DNA of 61,429 bases, the filler included, from Ionaspis alba (Eukaryota): NCBI GenBank assembly GCA_964255285.1. It is 6 parts of 6 records of this genome, joined end to end, with 100 filler letters (N's around TTAATTAATTAA, not from the genome) between each part and the next. Parts side by side here need not be neighbours in the genome. Positions count along the whole stretch, not along the records: positions 30,828 to 40,972 come from CAXUUL010000620.1; positions 41,073 to 51,209 come from CAXUUL010000621.1; 4 more parts are not named here. The stretch is one strand, 5' to 3'. Positions within the stretch are counted from its first letter, which is position 1. Every line of letters begins with the position of its first letter. This document shows, one piece after another, positions 36,765-48,695 of this stretch. Below the pieces are notes generated by a model. That model saw only the letters and a list, made by a program, of their open reading frames with translations. It did not search any database and was not told the DNA's origin. A program made the translations under genes and the position numbers.

Positions 36765-39700
36765 ATGGCAGAATATGGCGTGCAACCAGGTCGTGGCCCG
36801 CCTCGACAGAACAACTTCGGCCATGCCTCCTCATATCAACGTGATGCGGCATTCTCCAATATATTCGGGGCAGCGCCACCACCAGGGAGGTCTCAGACGA
36901 TGACTTCACAAAATCCTCTACCTCCGCCTGAACGTTCACAAACAATGCAGCCTCAGCAGCTGATGGACCAGCCAGTTCCACCAACTGCAGCAGGAAGACC
37001 GGCCCCAATACGGGTGCAACCGAATGGCTATGGACCTCCTATGACAAACGGATATCATCATGGGCAAGGACAAATGCAGCCAAATGGGCTTGTGCAGCAA
37101 CAACCACAACCACAGTATCTTCCGCCTCCGTTAAATCCAGAGCGTCGTCCATATCCCCAACCGCAACGTATCGATCCCAGACAGCCTCCTCCTCCGATGT
37201 ACAATAGACCAATTCCCAATCGTGGGCCGCCTCAATCTGCGGCTCTGAATTCTGATCCTTACCGCTCGCGCTCTATGGCGACCAGTCCAAACCAAGTCCC
37301 CTATATACCACCTCCTAATAATTATAATCAAGCATCTGCCAATTCTTTCCGACAGCAACCATATCATCCTATGGGATCCAGAACAACAGCTCAAGGTAGA
37401 ATAGTTCCGGAGCGTCATGATGAGCGGGCAATGTCCTTGACTTCGTGGACCCCTGATAGAGATCATAATCAGACGATGAGTGGGAGGGTAATACCAAACA
37501 GAAGGAGAGAGTCGGGGCCTGACGTGCCAACCGGCGAGGACTTTTCGCCAAACGGCACGTATGCGCCATCTCACTCGATGAGTTCAATTCCAAACGGAGC
37601 GCGATCTGTCAGTGCGGGGGTATCCCCGTCCCGAACAATGTCCATGGCTTCAACCTCAACTCTCACTCCAGAACGCAGCGATTCTTTACAACACCGCCCC
37701 TCCATGGCTAAGACAACAGCGTCTTCAACCAGTACCATGGTCTCTGCGCAGACTCGAGCGCCCTTGGTTTACCCTGCACTGCTCTCACGAGTGGCAGAGG
37801 TATTTCTCGAGAGGATCCAAGCCGGTGACAGAGCGAAGAATGAGCTCTCATACAAGCTTGCTTTTTCAGGTGGAGAAGCTGTTGATTTGATTGCATACAT
37901 CATCAAGACCACAGATCGTAATCTTGCTCTCCTTCTTGGCCGAGCTTTGGATGCGCAGAAGTTCTTCCACGATGTGACTTACGAGCATCGTCTGAGAGAT
38001 AGCCCAGCAGAGCTCTACCAATTCAATGACATGAGTATGGAAGTCCCTTCGGCTAACGTCAACGGAGTTTTCACGCTTCTGACTGAGTGTTATTCTCCTA
38101 CTTGCACGAAGGATCGTCTGTGCTACTCGATCGCATGTCCTCGTCGACTCGAACAGCAATCAAGACTTAACTTGAAGCCTCTTCCAGGACTAAGACGCGA
38201 ACCATCATCGGCAAGTCTTCATGCGGATGATAATGACGAACAGAAACTATGGATCAATACTGTCTCGAAAGAAGTCGCGGATAGTGTGAATGAGAAAGAG
38301 AAGAAGCGGCAGGAAATCATTTCAGAGATCATGTATACTGAACGCGACTTTGTCAAAGATTTGGAGTATTTGCGAGATTTCTGGATGAAGCCATTACGCT
38401 TGAACACTGTCATCTACCCAGAACAGCGTCGCGATAAGTTTATTCGGGTGGTCTTTTCAAACTGTACGGAAGTTTTAAGCGTCAACTCCAGGCTTGCCGA
38501 AGCTCTTACGCGTAGACAGCAGGAAAGCCCCGTTGTGAAGAATGTAGGAGACATCTTCCTCGCGTTCGTTCCTCGCTTCGAACCATTCATTAGCTATGGA
38601 GCACACCAACTCTTTGGCAAATCGGAATTCGAGAGAGAGCGCAGCACGAATCCAGCGTTCTCACGATTCGTGGATGAGACGGAGCGTCTGAAAGAGTCTC
38701 GCAAGTTGGAACTGAACGGCTATCTAACCAAGCCTACAACAAGATTGGCTCGTTACCCTCTATTATTAGAGAACGTGCTCAAGCACACCGCAGACGATAA
38801 CCCCGACAAGGAGGATATTCCAAAGGCTATCACCTTGATCAAAACATTCTTGTCGCGAGTCAATGTCGAGTCTGGAAAAGCAGAGAATGCATTCAACCTA
38901 CACCAGGTCAACACTGCTCTCAAGTTCTCTCCAGGTGAGTATGTAGACCTGAAGCTTACGGAGGAGGGAAGGCAGATGATTTTCAGAGGCACGTTGAAGA
39001 AGGGGCCTACGGATAGCAGTGAGATTGTGGTCTATCTGTTCGATCATGCGGTTCTCTTTGCAAAGCAAAAACAGGTCAACAAACGAGAAGAGCTTCGGGT
39101 CTACAAAAGACCCATTCCACTTGAACTACTCGTCATTCTTCAGATGGAGGATGTCATCCCGAAGGTGGGCATAACCAAGCGGCCATCATCAGGCCTTACT
39201 CTAGGAGCTGCAACCCGAGGCTTGAATGCGCCGAAGATCACCCCGGGTACCAAAGAAGGCTTTCCAATCACCTTCAGACATCTCGGCAAACCTCCCTTCG
39301 AGGTCACTCTTTACGCATTGACCCATGTACAACGACGAAAGTGGATGGAACACATTGAAGGGCAACAAAGTCGACTTCGCGATCGAACCAACGTTTACAC
39401 AAGGACTATCCTCTGTGACAACTTCTTCTCGAGCATCAATAAAGTCAATTGCCTTGTCCCGATCGGTAAGTGGAATGACTTCACTGTCCATGAGTACTTA
39501 CTAAATGGTCCTACAGATGGCGGTCGAAAGCTTGTCTACGGCACCGATAGCGGCATCTACGTTTCAGACCGAAGGCCGAGAGCCACAGATACAAAGCCCA
39601 GGAAGGTGCTTGACGTCAACTCAGTTACACAGATTGACGTACTAGAGGAGTACCAACTTCTCTTAGTCCTCGCAAACAAAACCCTCAATTCCTATCCCCT

Positions 39701-40578
39701 TGAAGCACTCGACCCCAATGACAATCAATCCCCCTTGCTCAAGCGTCCCAAGAAAATTCAGGGTCACTCAAACTTCTTTAAAGCAGGTGTGTGCTTGGGC
39801 CGGCATCTCGTATGCTCCGCAAAGACCTCGAGTCTTTCCACTACCATCAAAGTCTTCGAGCCCATGGACACCATGTCCAAAGGCAAAAAGAAGCCGGCCA
39901 TCACACAGCTTTTCCAAAGCAGCCAGGATGCGCTGAAACCCTTCAAGGTGGGTGATGAGATTGAAGAACCAGTTCCAATCCCAGTTCACCACGATCTTAT
40001 GTACACGCAGGAGTTTTACATTCCCACGGAATCCACCTCCATCCATTTCCTCAAGTCCAAGCTGTGTGTTGCCTGTGCCCGGGGGTTCGAGGTCGTCAGT
40101 CTGGAGACGCTCGAGACCCAATCTCTTCTTGATCAGGCGGATACGTCGCTGGACTTTGTGGCTCGCGAGAAGGAGACCAAGCCCATTCACATCGAGCGCT
40201 TAAATGGCGAGTTCTTGCTCAATTATTCCGATTTCTCGTTCTTCGTCAACCGCAATGGCTGGCGTGCTCGTCCTGATTGGAGGATCACATGGGAAGGCCA
40301 ACCTCAGTCGTTTGCGTTGTCCTACCCATACATTCTTGCTTTCGAACCCAGCTTCATTGAGATTCGCCATGTGGAGACGAGCGCTTGTGTGCATATTTTG
40401 ACGGCGAAGAATATTCGGATGTTGCATTCGTCCACCAGAGAGGTTAGTCCACATCTCTGACGTTGGATGTGGACGGCGTTACTGACATGAATGCTGATAG
40501 ATAATCTACGCCTACGAGGATGACGGTGGGGAGGATGTCGTTGCGAGCTTGGATTTCTGGAGCAAGGTGCAGCAATAA
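36765..40578 (+). CDS. ROM2: Rho1 guanine nucleotide exchange factor (DEP-DH-PH-CNH); introns 39466-39516, 39948-40010, 40443-40500
   Basis: DEP segment LALLLGRALDAQKFFHDVTY, DH segments KRQEIISEIMYTERDFVKDL and LTKPTTRLARYPLLL, then a CNH domain. The last exon is IIYAYEDDGGEDVVASLDFWSKVQQ*. Confidence 0.96.
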
Positions 40579-40972
40579 CGGAATGGTTTTGGATCTGGGA
40601 TTTCTTCTTCACTTCCGAAGACCTTTAAGCATTGTTTCCGTGCATCGATTCTCTTCGTCCATACGAGTACGATCACGCCGAACTTGAATAACTAGGCAGG
40701 ATTTCGGCAAAGCATGCATGGAGGGGACTGAATACTCGTGGTTTGTTGGTTTCAAGAGCATTGTTGTTTAACCTATTGCGTGCCTCTATTCTGTATGAAC
40801 ATACGCAAACCATGTGTGGGTGGCTAGATGTTTCGCAGCTTTTTTGCGATGTGGAATAGACATTGTCGTTTGTTGGCGTGGTTTCTGATCAGTTGATTGT
40901 TCTGTACAAGAGCTGGTTAGTCGTGGTTACTCGAATGCTACACAAGCATGTGTCAGTTGACTTTTCAGCACT

Positions 40973-41072
40973 NNNNNNNNNNNNNNNNNNNNNNNNNNNN
41001 NNNNNNNNNNNNNNNNTTAATTAATTAANNNNNNNNNNNNNNNNNNNNNNNNNNNNNNNNNNNNNNNNNNNN
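40973..41072. other. Artificial scaffold-joining linker
   Basis: N44-TTAATTAATTAA-N44. Confidence 0.98.
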
Positions 41073-41393
41073 GATCTTCGTATTGAACTTGAAGTCCCTA
41101 CAAGATCAGCCGATTTCTGTATCAAGGATTCAGCTCGCGAGACTCCCGATGCTTTGGCATAGTCATCAGAATAGTAAAAGCTAGCGCAAGTGCCGATGCA
41201 CCAGACCCGTACCAGAGAATCACAAAATAACTTGCAGCCGACCATGGATTGATTTGAATATCGTACCATACCAATACGCCGCAGGCTCGCCCAGCTATCC
41301 GCTCAGACGCAATCCTCCGGGTTTATCGTACCAAGATTATTTCACTGTGATGTGCCCTTTCCCTCCTTGCCTTCGCCCCATAGACGCCCGTCT

Positions 41394-42193
41394 TCAATAG
41401 CTCTGCCTCTTCCTCGTAAAAGCCCTCTGATCCTTCAACCACTGCCGATAAGCCTTAAGACTATCAATTTTCTCCCCATAATAATCCGGCACCGGATTCG
41501 ACACCGATTGACTCGAAGGATCGACTCTGTGGCGTTTGATGTGCTGATAAAAATCCTTCTCCTTCTGTATGAACACACCAGTCAGTATTGCTTCCATCCG
41601 GCTTTTCAAACAGCCTCCGTCGCCTGTGCGGAAGGCTGTAGAGGAGTACATACCAACGCGATCTCCGGACCCAGCCGTCTATACCAGAGTCCGAACGCAG
41701 CATTCCCGGCGAAGGGACCAATCAGCCATCCTGCAGCTCCGCATGCAACGACTCCCATTCCCATGGCCATGATGGGGTCTAAGCCGAAGAGGAGATTCCC
41801 CAGTCTGTCGAGATCTTGCTGGCCGAGGAAGACTATCCCTCCGAAGGTTGTTGCTCCCGCTGTGAGAATGGACGAGACGAGATTGTATCGGCGGCGGATG
41901 GAGCGGAGTTGGAGGAAGCGGTTCCATGTTAAGTGTGTGGAGACGGTTGTTTGGGGTGGGACTTGTGGGGATGAGATTGCGGAAGCTGCTGGAGGAGGAG
42001 GACTAGCTGAGGTCGAAGCTAGACGAGTGCAGAGATGGCTCGTTGATAGTGGAGCCGGGTTTGCTGGTCGTCGATTTGGTAGATAGGATAACTGTCTAGA
42101 GGTCGATGTCTGGGCGAGGCATTGCAGGACGGGAATTTTGGTTGTGCGAGCTTTTGAGGCCGTGGATAGTAAACTCGGTACCCTTGCCGTCAT
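41394..42193 (-). CDS. PAM17: Mitochondrial presequence translocase-associated motor subunit Pam17; one intron
   Basis: [21 protein letters not shown]...GWLIGP and [46 protein letters not shown]. The start codon choice is uncertain. Confidence 0.93.
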
Positions 42194-43005
42194 TGTGATG
42201 CCGTGTGCTGTGACAATAGGTACTATATTCATCTTGATGCGTACCTTTCCATGGATTGCTACCAAGCTTGACGTGTTTGGATGGTTTCGTTAGGCAAGAT
42301 ACAAGGCTCGGCGAAACTCGGACCCGAATAGGTCGAGGCTAGTGAGGCATCCATGAATTAGACTGGCATAAACGTCGATTGATGTCTTACTATGCTCTGT
42401 CTAATTCCACCCACTCTGAGTGACTGTGAATTAAAGTCTGTGACCTCATGTATTAAAAGTTCTCCTTATGATGCTGGGAATCGCCTTTGCCGTCTTATGT
42501 GGATATAAATACCGGCGTCCTGAAAATTTGTATGATCTTCAACACTGATGGGCAGTGGTCGATGTCCACAATATGCATCGGTAGCTTGAGGAGGTCCGCC
42601 GCGATAAGGATACTATCTTGCGAACCTACAAACAAGAGCGGTATGGGTTCCCTCAGGCAACGCTCGTACTTATAAGCCCTCACACACTGTTCTGCAGTTC
42701 GATGCGAATCATGAGTATGTGTTAAGTGATTGAGGCTTTCATTGCGGCTCTCATTGCGACTCAGCGCAAGAACACAGCACTTTGCGATGATCACAATCTT
42801 GCTCGTCTGGAAGACTTCCTCGGCCTGGTTAAGACCTCCTCTGAAACTTGTCCTAGTGTGTTCAGTTTCCTCTGTAACGCCAATGCATCAATACATAGAC
42901 TCATTATAGCTCATCATAAAATAACATTCCAGCTCACGGCTGTCCCATATACCTTCCTTGCCAGATCCCTCGTAAACTCCTTATTAGAGTTCTTGCTATC
43001 AGTCA

Positions 43006-43834
43006 TCACCCACGCATTCGTCCAAATACGCCTTTCTTCAGCTTCTTGCTCCCGGAGCCGCTACCAAGACGCGAACTATCCTTGATCTTACCTTTCCCTT
43101 TTTCTGTGTCGGGTACGGCAGGCGCTGGACTCCCAAAACTTCTCACATCATGCACACTATGTTGGTTTGGGCCCCATACTCCGAGGTCGGGTCGAGGACC
43201 CAGATTCTCCGCTGCCTCCACCCGCCGGCGGTGTCGACGATGTAAGAAGGTCGCAAGAACGGCGACAAGGACCAGGCCAACGAATAGGACAATCACCATC
43301 ACAACCCATCGAACGTGCGTTGACAACCTATCATTATACGTGATTAGCGCAAATTGAGCAGTGCAACAAATTGGAACGGGTAAGGTACCAGTCAGATCCA
43401 GAAGACGACGATTGAACCTGAACTCCGGCACTGTCTGTAGTGGCACTGCTCGTAGCACTCGTTGAGGTAGGAGAGCCAGTAGATGTTGTTATCAAGGTCG
43501 TCGCAGGAGGTGCAGCTCCACCAATTCCACATAGCCCTTTATACCACGTCCCAATGGTCGCGAAGTCAGCATCGGGGCACTGGGGAGCGCAGATATTGCT
43601 GGTTGGAGAAGACCTGAGAGGTCCAAGGAAAGCAGATTGGCAGAAACAGGATTGATAAGTTGCTGGATTGGTGACGAGTGCGGCGGGAGGTACGCAAGCA
43701 CCTTGGGCTTGTATGAGGAGGGGACAGCTCTGAGCGCAAGCTGGTAGGGAGGCAGGGATGAGCGTGACCTGCTGGGCGGAGATGAGAGACAGGATATAGA
43801 GCAGAATGGAGGAGAGTAGAAGATGATATGGCAT
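43006..43834 (-). CDS. Type I membrane protein: signal peptide, CFEM-like Cys-rich domain, Ser/Thr stalk, TM helix, short cytosolic tail; one intron
   Basis: LPACAQSC...C...YQSCFC...ICAPQC...WYKGLC, a T/S-rich stretch, then the intron joins to WLSTHVRWVVMVIVLFVGLVLVAVLATFLHRRHRRR. Confidence 0.8.
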
Positions 43835-44459
43835 GATGGGTCAATGGTGAAGGATCGGACTCAATGAAGTCGCGATGCTGGTGTCGTAAGTTTTGGAGGG
43901 TGCATCTGAACGATGGTTGTGTTTTCTGTAACGACCGTCCGGTGAAGAGTGTCAATTAAAACTGCGTCAAAGATGTACTTGAGATGCGGTACTTGTAACG
44001 ATTGGTATGAACAGTAGTATGAGTATTTCGAGTGTCCTCGAATTCGAAGAGAATAACGTTCATCCCGCCGTCAAATATCCTCACGGGAAAGGAGCTTCAA
44101 AAGGAAGCCCCGCTCATTGGTGGAATGTTAGCTGCGCTGTGCTTACCGGATACGGTTACTCTCACAGAGGCAGCCTCGCGCAGTAAATTTGCGGTAATAG
44201 TGGTTGAGCATGTGTTTCTATAACTTGTATTTCATCGTTGCCTATGTTGAGGTTTAATGCATCTAATCTCGAAAACAAAACTCTCTGGCTTTTCAGCCTT
44301 GGTAATGTTACACTCTTGATCGTTAGAAGCAAGCCCAATCATGCTCTCGCATTTATTCCCGCTCTTAATGTGTACCGAGCTTCGTCCTGCCCTTGCGCTC
44401 AAATCCCTCGATCTCATCTTGTATGCTTCTAAAGCTTATGGAGGGATATAATTCCACTT

Positions 44460-44983
44460 TCAAACCTTTCTGACTCTATTGTTCCGGCGTGCCTTGGAAG
44501 AAACCGGGGCGGTCTCTTCTACGGAACAGCTTGTGGTAATGTTGACAAAGGAGGAAGGATCAGGCCCTTTGAGGTATCCTCCGCTTGTGCACAACGACCC
44601 GAAGTACACATTTGCAACTGCGCAACGGTCACAAAAATGATCTGTAGACAAGAGCGATATTTGTACTTACAAGGCGATTGACCCATCGGTGGAGATCCAC
44701 AAACGCTCCCAATACAAGCAGACACATCGGCTTGATTGATCGTGCAGACAGAGCAGATATCAAACCTGCCCAAACAGGTTTGCTGGATGGGCCAAGATTA
44801 GTCGATGAATGAGGGAGGAAAGCAAAGAACTCTTACAAGACATGGCGGAGCAGGCACCGTGCACGAAAGCAAACCAGAGCCATTGCACTGATCACAAGAT
44901 CTTGTTCCATCTCCACATTGAGCCATGGAGCTCTGAGAGAGTACCGCAATGGCAGCCACTGATGAGAGAATCGAGAGCTTCAT
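44460..44983 (-). CDS. Small secreted cysteine-rich protein (~138 aa, 12 Cys); introns 44783-44836 and 44618-44670
   Basis: Signal peptide MKLSILSSVAAIAVLSQSSMA. Two GTAAG...CAG introns of 54 and 53 bp give one open frame to the TGA at 44460. Confidence 0.8.
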
Positions 44984-46105
44984 TATGCTGGAGAGTGAGT
45001 ACGGTTCGTTGGCTCAAGCACGCGTCAGTATAAGACTTCTTGCTGTGGTGGACGGTTGTACAGCTCAAGAGAGGTAGAGTGTCAGTAAAGTGCGAGAGTT
45101 GGATGGATACTAATTGCTGTTCCGGCTCTTCGCCCCTTATATACCTTCGACAGCTCTCCGTGTAACCGTCCATTGAGAATAGCAATCTTACGATACCAAG
45201 CTGAGGACCAGATACTCAACATATTACGGAGGCACCTGTCTTGAGCGAGGATGTCGGCATTCCGACCGCTTCTCCTGCAAGAGATGTATTCAACAAAAGA
45301 CTGTACTCCATGTCCTGTGGACCCCAATGTGCCAGGGACACGAATGATCTGTCGTGAAATTGCTTACTCATTCTCGTGTCACACAATGATGATATGCTGA
45401 GCATTTTGTGAGCTGACAATTCGTATTCAGCTCGTCCTTTCTCTTCTACCATCTCGTATATGCAGTCTTCTCGTACCCGATATTGAGAAACTTCAGTCAA
45501 TTTTAACGGGTTATGTTCATGGTACATGCACTTCAATTTTCCAAGCACTGACTGAAAGCTCTTCCATCTACCCACGAGTTCATGTTTGCTCAATTGAGCC
45601 CAGGAATAGACTTCTCGCTTGCATTTTTATCATGTACTTCTTCCATCTTGCCACTCTGCAGGTGAGTACTCTCAGAACGTCCTCCCATACGCCAGTCGTT
45701 ACAGGTCATCAAGTTCCTTACACCCTTCAGTGTCCATTTCCAAAACCAGGGCCAGTCAGTTAAGAACGATATTGATCTCGCCAACCACAATCCACCAGGC
45801 AGATCAGAAGTGCAAACAATGTACTCTACCAAAACCTTTGGCTAAATTTATTCTTCGTTGATCGTGCAGATGTTGACAGAGGCAAAGTCTGATTCCCTTG
45901 TGTCTATCTCCACTCTGCGACACATGAGAAAAGTCGGGCAAAGTAGGTGAGCCCCCAACTCAGCCAGCTCGCGAGGAATCCTCCTATGTCTTGACATGCT
46001 GAGTCATGTTTACACGAAGGGCCTACGCCGCAGCTGACGCTCGACGGAACTCCGGTCATATTCCATAGAAATACGTATAATACAGTTCTCTATGACCAAA
46101 CTCTC

Positions 46106-47520
46106 ATGGCGGTCCACACTCTCCTGCCGTCTATTGCTGATTTGAAAGCTCAGCTCTAGCAGGCTACTTTGGATTGGGCGGCAGGGCTGAGAACAAATCT
46201 CGAAATCTAGATGAATGGTCCAACTTGTCCTCGTCAGATGCTGACTTACTCAAATCCAAGAGGTACCCACGAATCCTTGCTCAAGGGCCTTTGGATAAGA
46301 CGAACGATCCATTCTCATTGGATGGGACTACCGCACTTCCTATGCCTGTGAAAGTGAGCGATTCTAGAAGTCTCCAGCCGTTCTTTTGGCTTCTTATCGA
46401 GTACCGGAAACCTAAGTACCCATTGGTTTGCCCTGCGTCACAACATCAACAACGAGACGGCTGGAGTTCTATCTACAGAGCCCAGCTATCACGTTCCGAT
46501 GCTTGAATTCCCCAAAGGTGTTGTCTATGAAGATGAACGCATGGATCTTTGTAAGATGTAAGACAACGGTTCTTCAGCTCGAGTATATCACCGCTCAAGC
46601 CACTCATACAAGGTTTTCAGCCCTCCGAATATTGCATCTTTGATGCAAAGTCTCGAGAACAACACATTCGTCAAGCATTTTCTTTTGGGTAACAACATCA
46701 TCGGACATGTAGGAGCTTGCGCAATGGCCGACTTCGTTCAAAAGCATCCTTGCCATATTGAGACGTGGTACCTCGCAGGCAACTGTATTAATGCCCGATC
46801 GCTTGACCGGCTAGCCAAAAGTTGGGAGCAATCCAAGTGCATAACCAACATCTGGCTGAAGCGCAATCCTCTGGGATCGCGTTGTGTTCCTTCTCTGTCA
46901 CGCATCATACACGGATGCCGCGCTTTGCGAACTCTTGACCTCGATCAAACAGAGCTTGGAGAGGATGGTGTGTAAGAGCTATGTCAAGTGCTCCTTGAAG
47001 CCAGTACCAATCGAGGAGATCTCTCGTTGCGCAATCTCTATCTCAATGGCTGTGGTGTTGAGCGGAGCGCCTGTGAAGCTCTCGCGCAGTATCTCCGAGC
47101 TCCACTGTGCAAGCTAGAGTCACTCTAGATGAGCAATAATCCAATTGGCGAGAGAGGAATTGAAACTTTGGCTGAGGGCCTTTCGTCGAACTATTCTCTG
47201 CTTCGGCTTTGTATGTCTTCCTGCGGCCTAAAAAATGCTGACATCAGTGACTTCTTCCTCGCACTATCCCAGCACCATAACATCATGTGCTGGGAAATCG
47301 GCCAGAGTTATGCCACCACCGGTCTAGGGATGCTTCAATTACTTCACTGACGACCCAAACCTAGGACAAAATCTCGCCAGGTTTCTGGCGCAGACGCCGT
47401 CGTTGAGATCATTCAATCAGGAGGCAGATGAGACAATCGAAGGAGTGATGAGCATGAGGCGGAGGACAAAGCTGACGGACAGACAGACTATAACAGGATG
47501 CAAAGAGTTTAGTCGGGAGA
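46106..47520 (+). pseudogene. Pseudogene of a fungal RNI-like leucine-rich-repeat protein (end approximate)
   Basis: LRR-type segments FVKHFLLGNNIIG, IETWYLAGNCI, ITNIWLKRNPLG and LRTLDLDQTELG. In-frame stops at 46157 (TAG), 46973 (TAA) and 47126 (TAG), plus frame changes. Confidence 0.8.
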
Positions 47521-48695
47521 ATAGCTTATCAATATGAAAAATAGTTCATCATGCCTCTAAAGGTCAACAGCTCTTGCGTGATCTAGTATGATGAACCACG
47601 ATGTAACAGAATCCAAGTACATCTGTTGTTGATAGTATGTACATGAGAAAGGTCTTGGTATTCTCGATGTTAGATCATAACGTGCAATCATCTGGTGTAT
47701 TTCAACTCGCGTTACCCATTATTTTAGACAGACCGAAAGACTGATATCCGGAACTTACAAGAATATGCCTCTTCCTGATAGCCGAAAGTGCACCTCATAA
47801 CTTACCCCTTCACGGATGGATTTGTATGGATTGATAAAATAGTCAAAGACTATTCTGAAAGGGAAGACTCGTCAACAGAATTTGTGTCATGAGATACCGA
47901 GATATGTTGAAGAATGTTGTTACATTCGACAAGCTTCAGCAACGGCCAACCCCGGATCCTTGAGGAGGCAACGCCACTTCAATACGCACCTATGGTTTCA
48001 TTCATGGCCGATGCGGAGACGCTCCTCACGAGAGAGCTGACCTTTAGGCCCGTGAGTTGGCTGTGCTACCTTGATGGATATTCAAGGAACCAAGCCAGCC
48101 TGCAGTTGTCGAGCAGACAATAGTTCGTCTACTTCGCCTTCAGAGGAACTCGACGCTGTAGCCGTGAAGGGAAAAGATCCACGCCTCCAAACGAGCCGCA
48201 GCCATGGCGGGGTCTTTTCGTAGCTGGAATATCCATAAAAACATCTGAGGCGCGTTGCCTATCGCTTGAAAGCCGTCTTCTCCTCGACGGGACGGCCCCG
48301 GTTTTTGTAGATGAAGGACTAGTGTTATGTCCATAGTCCACTTACGGATGCTTGGCGCCTGTAAATCGTGGTCGCGAAAGCATCACAGTCTTTTTCTTCA
48401 CATTAGGAGTGACTGCGTCGCTAGTTGATTCTCCAGGAACTGGCAGTCAACATTAGGTTACGTGAAAATCACAACACAGCCGATCCGGACTAGGGTTGAC
48501 TACGGCTATGGACTCTCCCTAGGCCGCTTACTGGTGGTGGCTCGCTAATATCCTCCGTCATGTATGGGTACCGCCGAAAAGTTATAAATCCGTATCTCAA
48601 GCAAATACTACCGTCCGACTGGACAACCACACCTACTGAACGATCATACAGCGACAGCTCAATCGCTCATCTTGGGCGTTACAACTTTCACTTCA

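Noticed and set aside
24773..40578. Apparent clustering of a Rho1 GAP (LRG1) with a Rho1 GEF (ROM2) and PKA
   Set aside because: An artificial linker at 30728-30827 separates LRG1 from ROM2 and PKA, so the proximity comes from size-sorted concatenation.
45082..45861. Short ORFs as possible transposon relics
   Set aside because: I saw no transposase, RT or integrase motifs and no terminal repeats.
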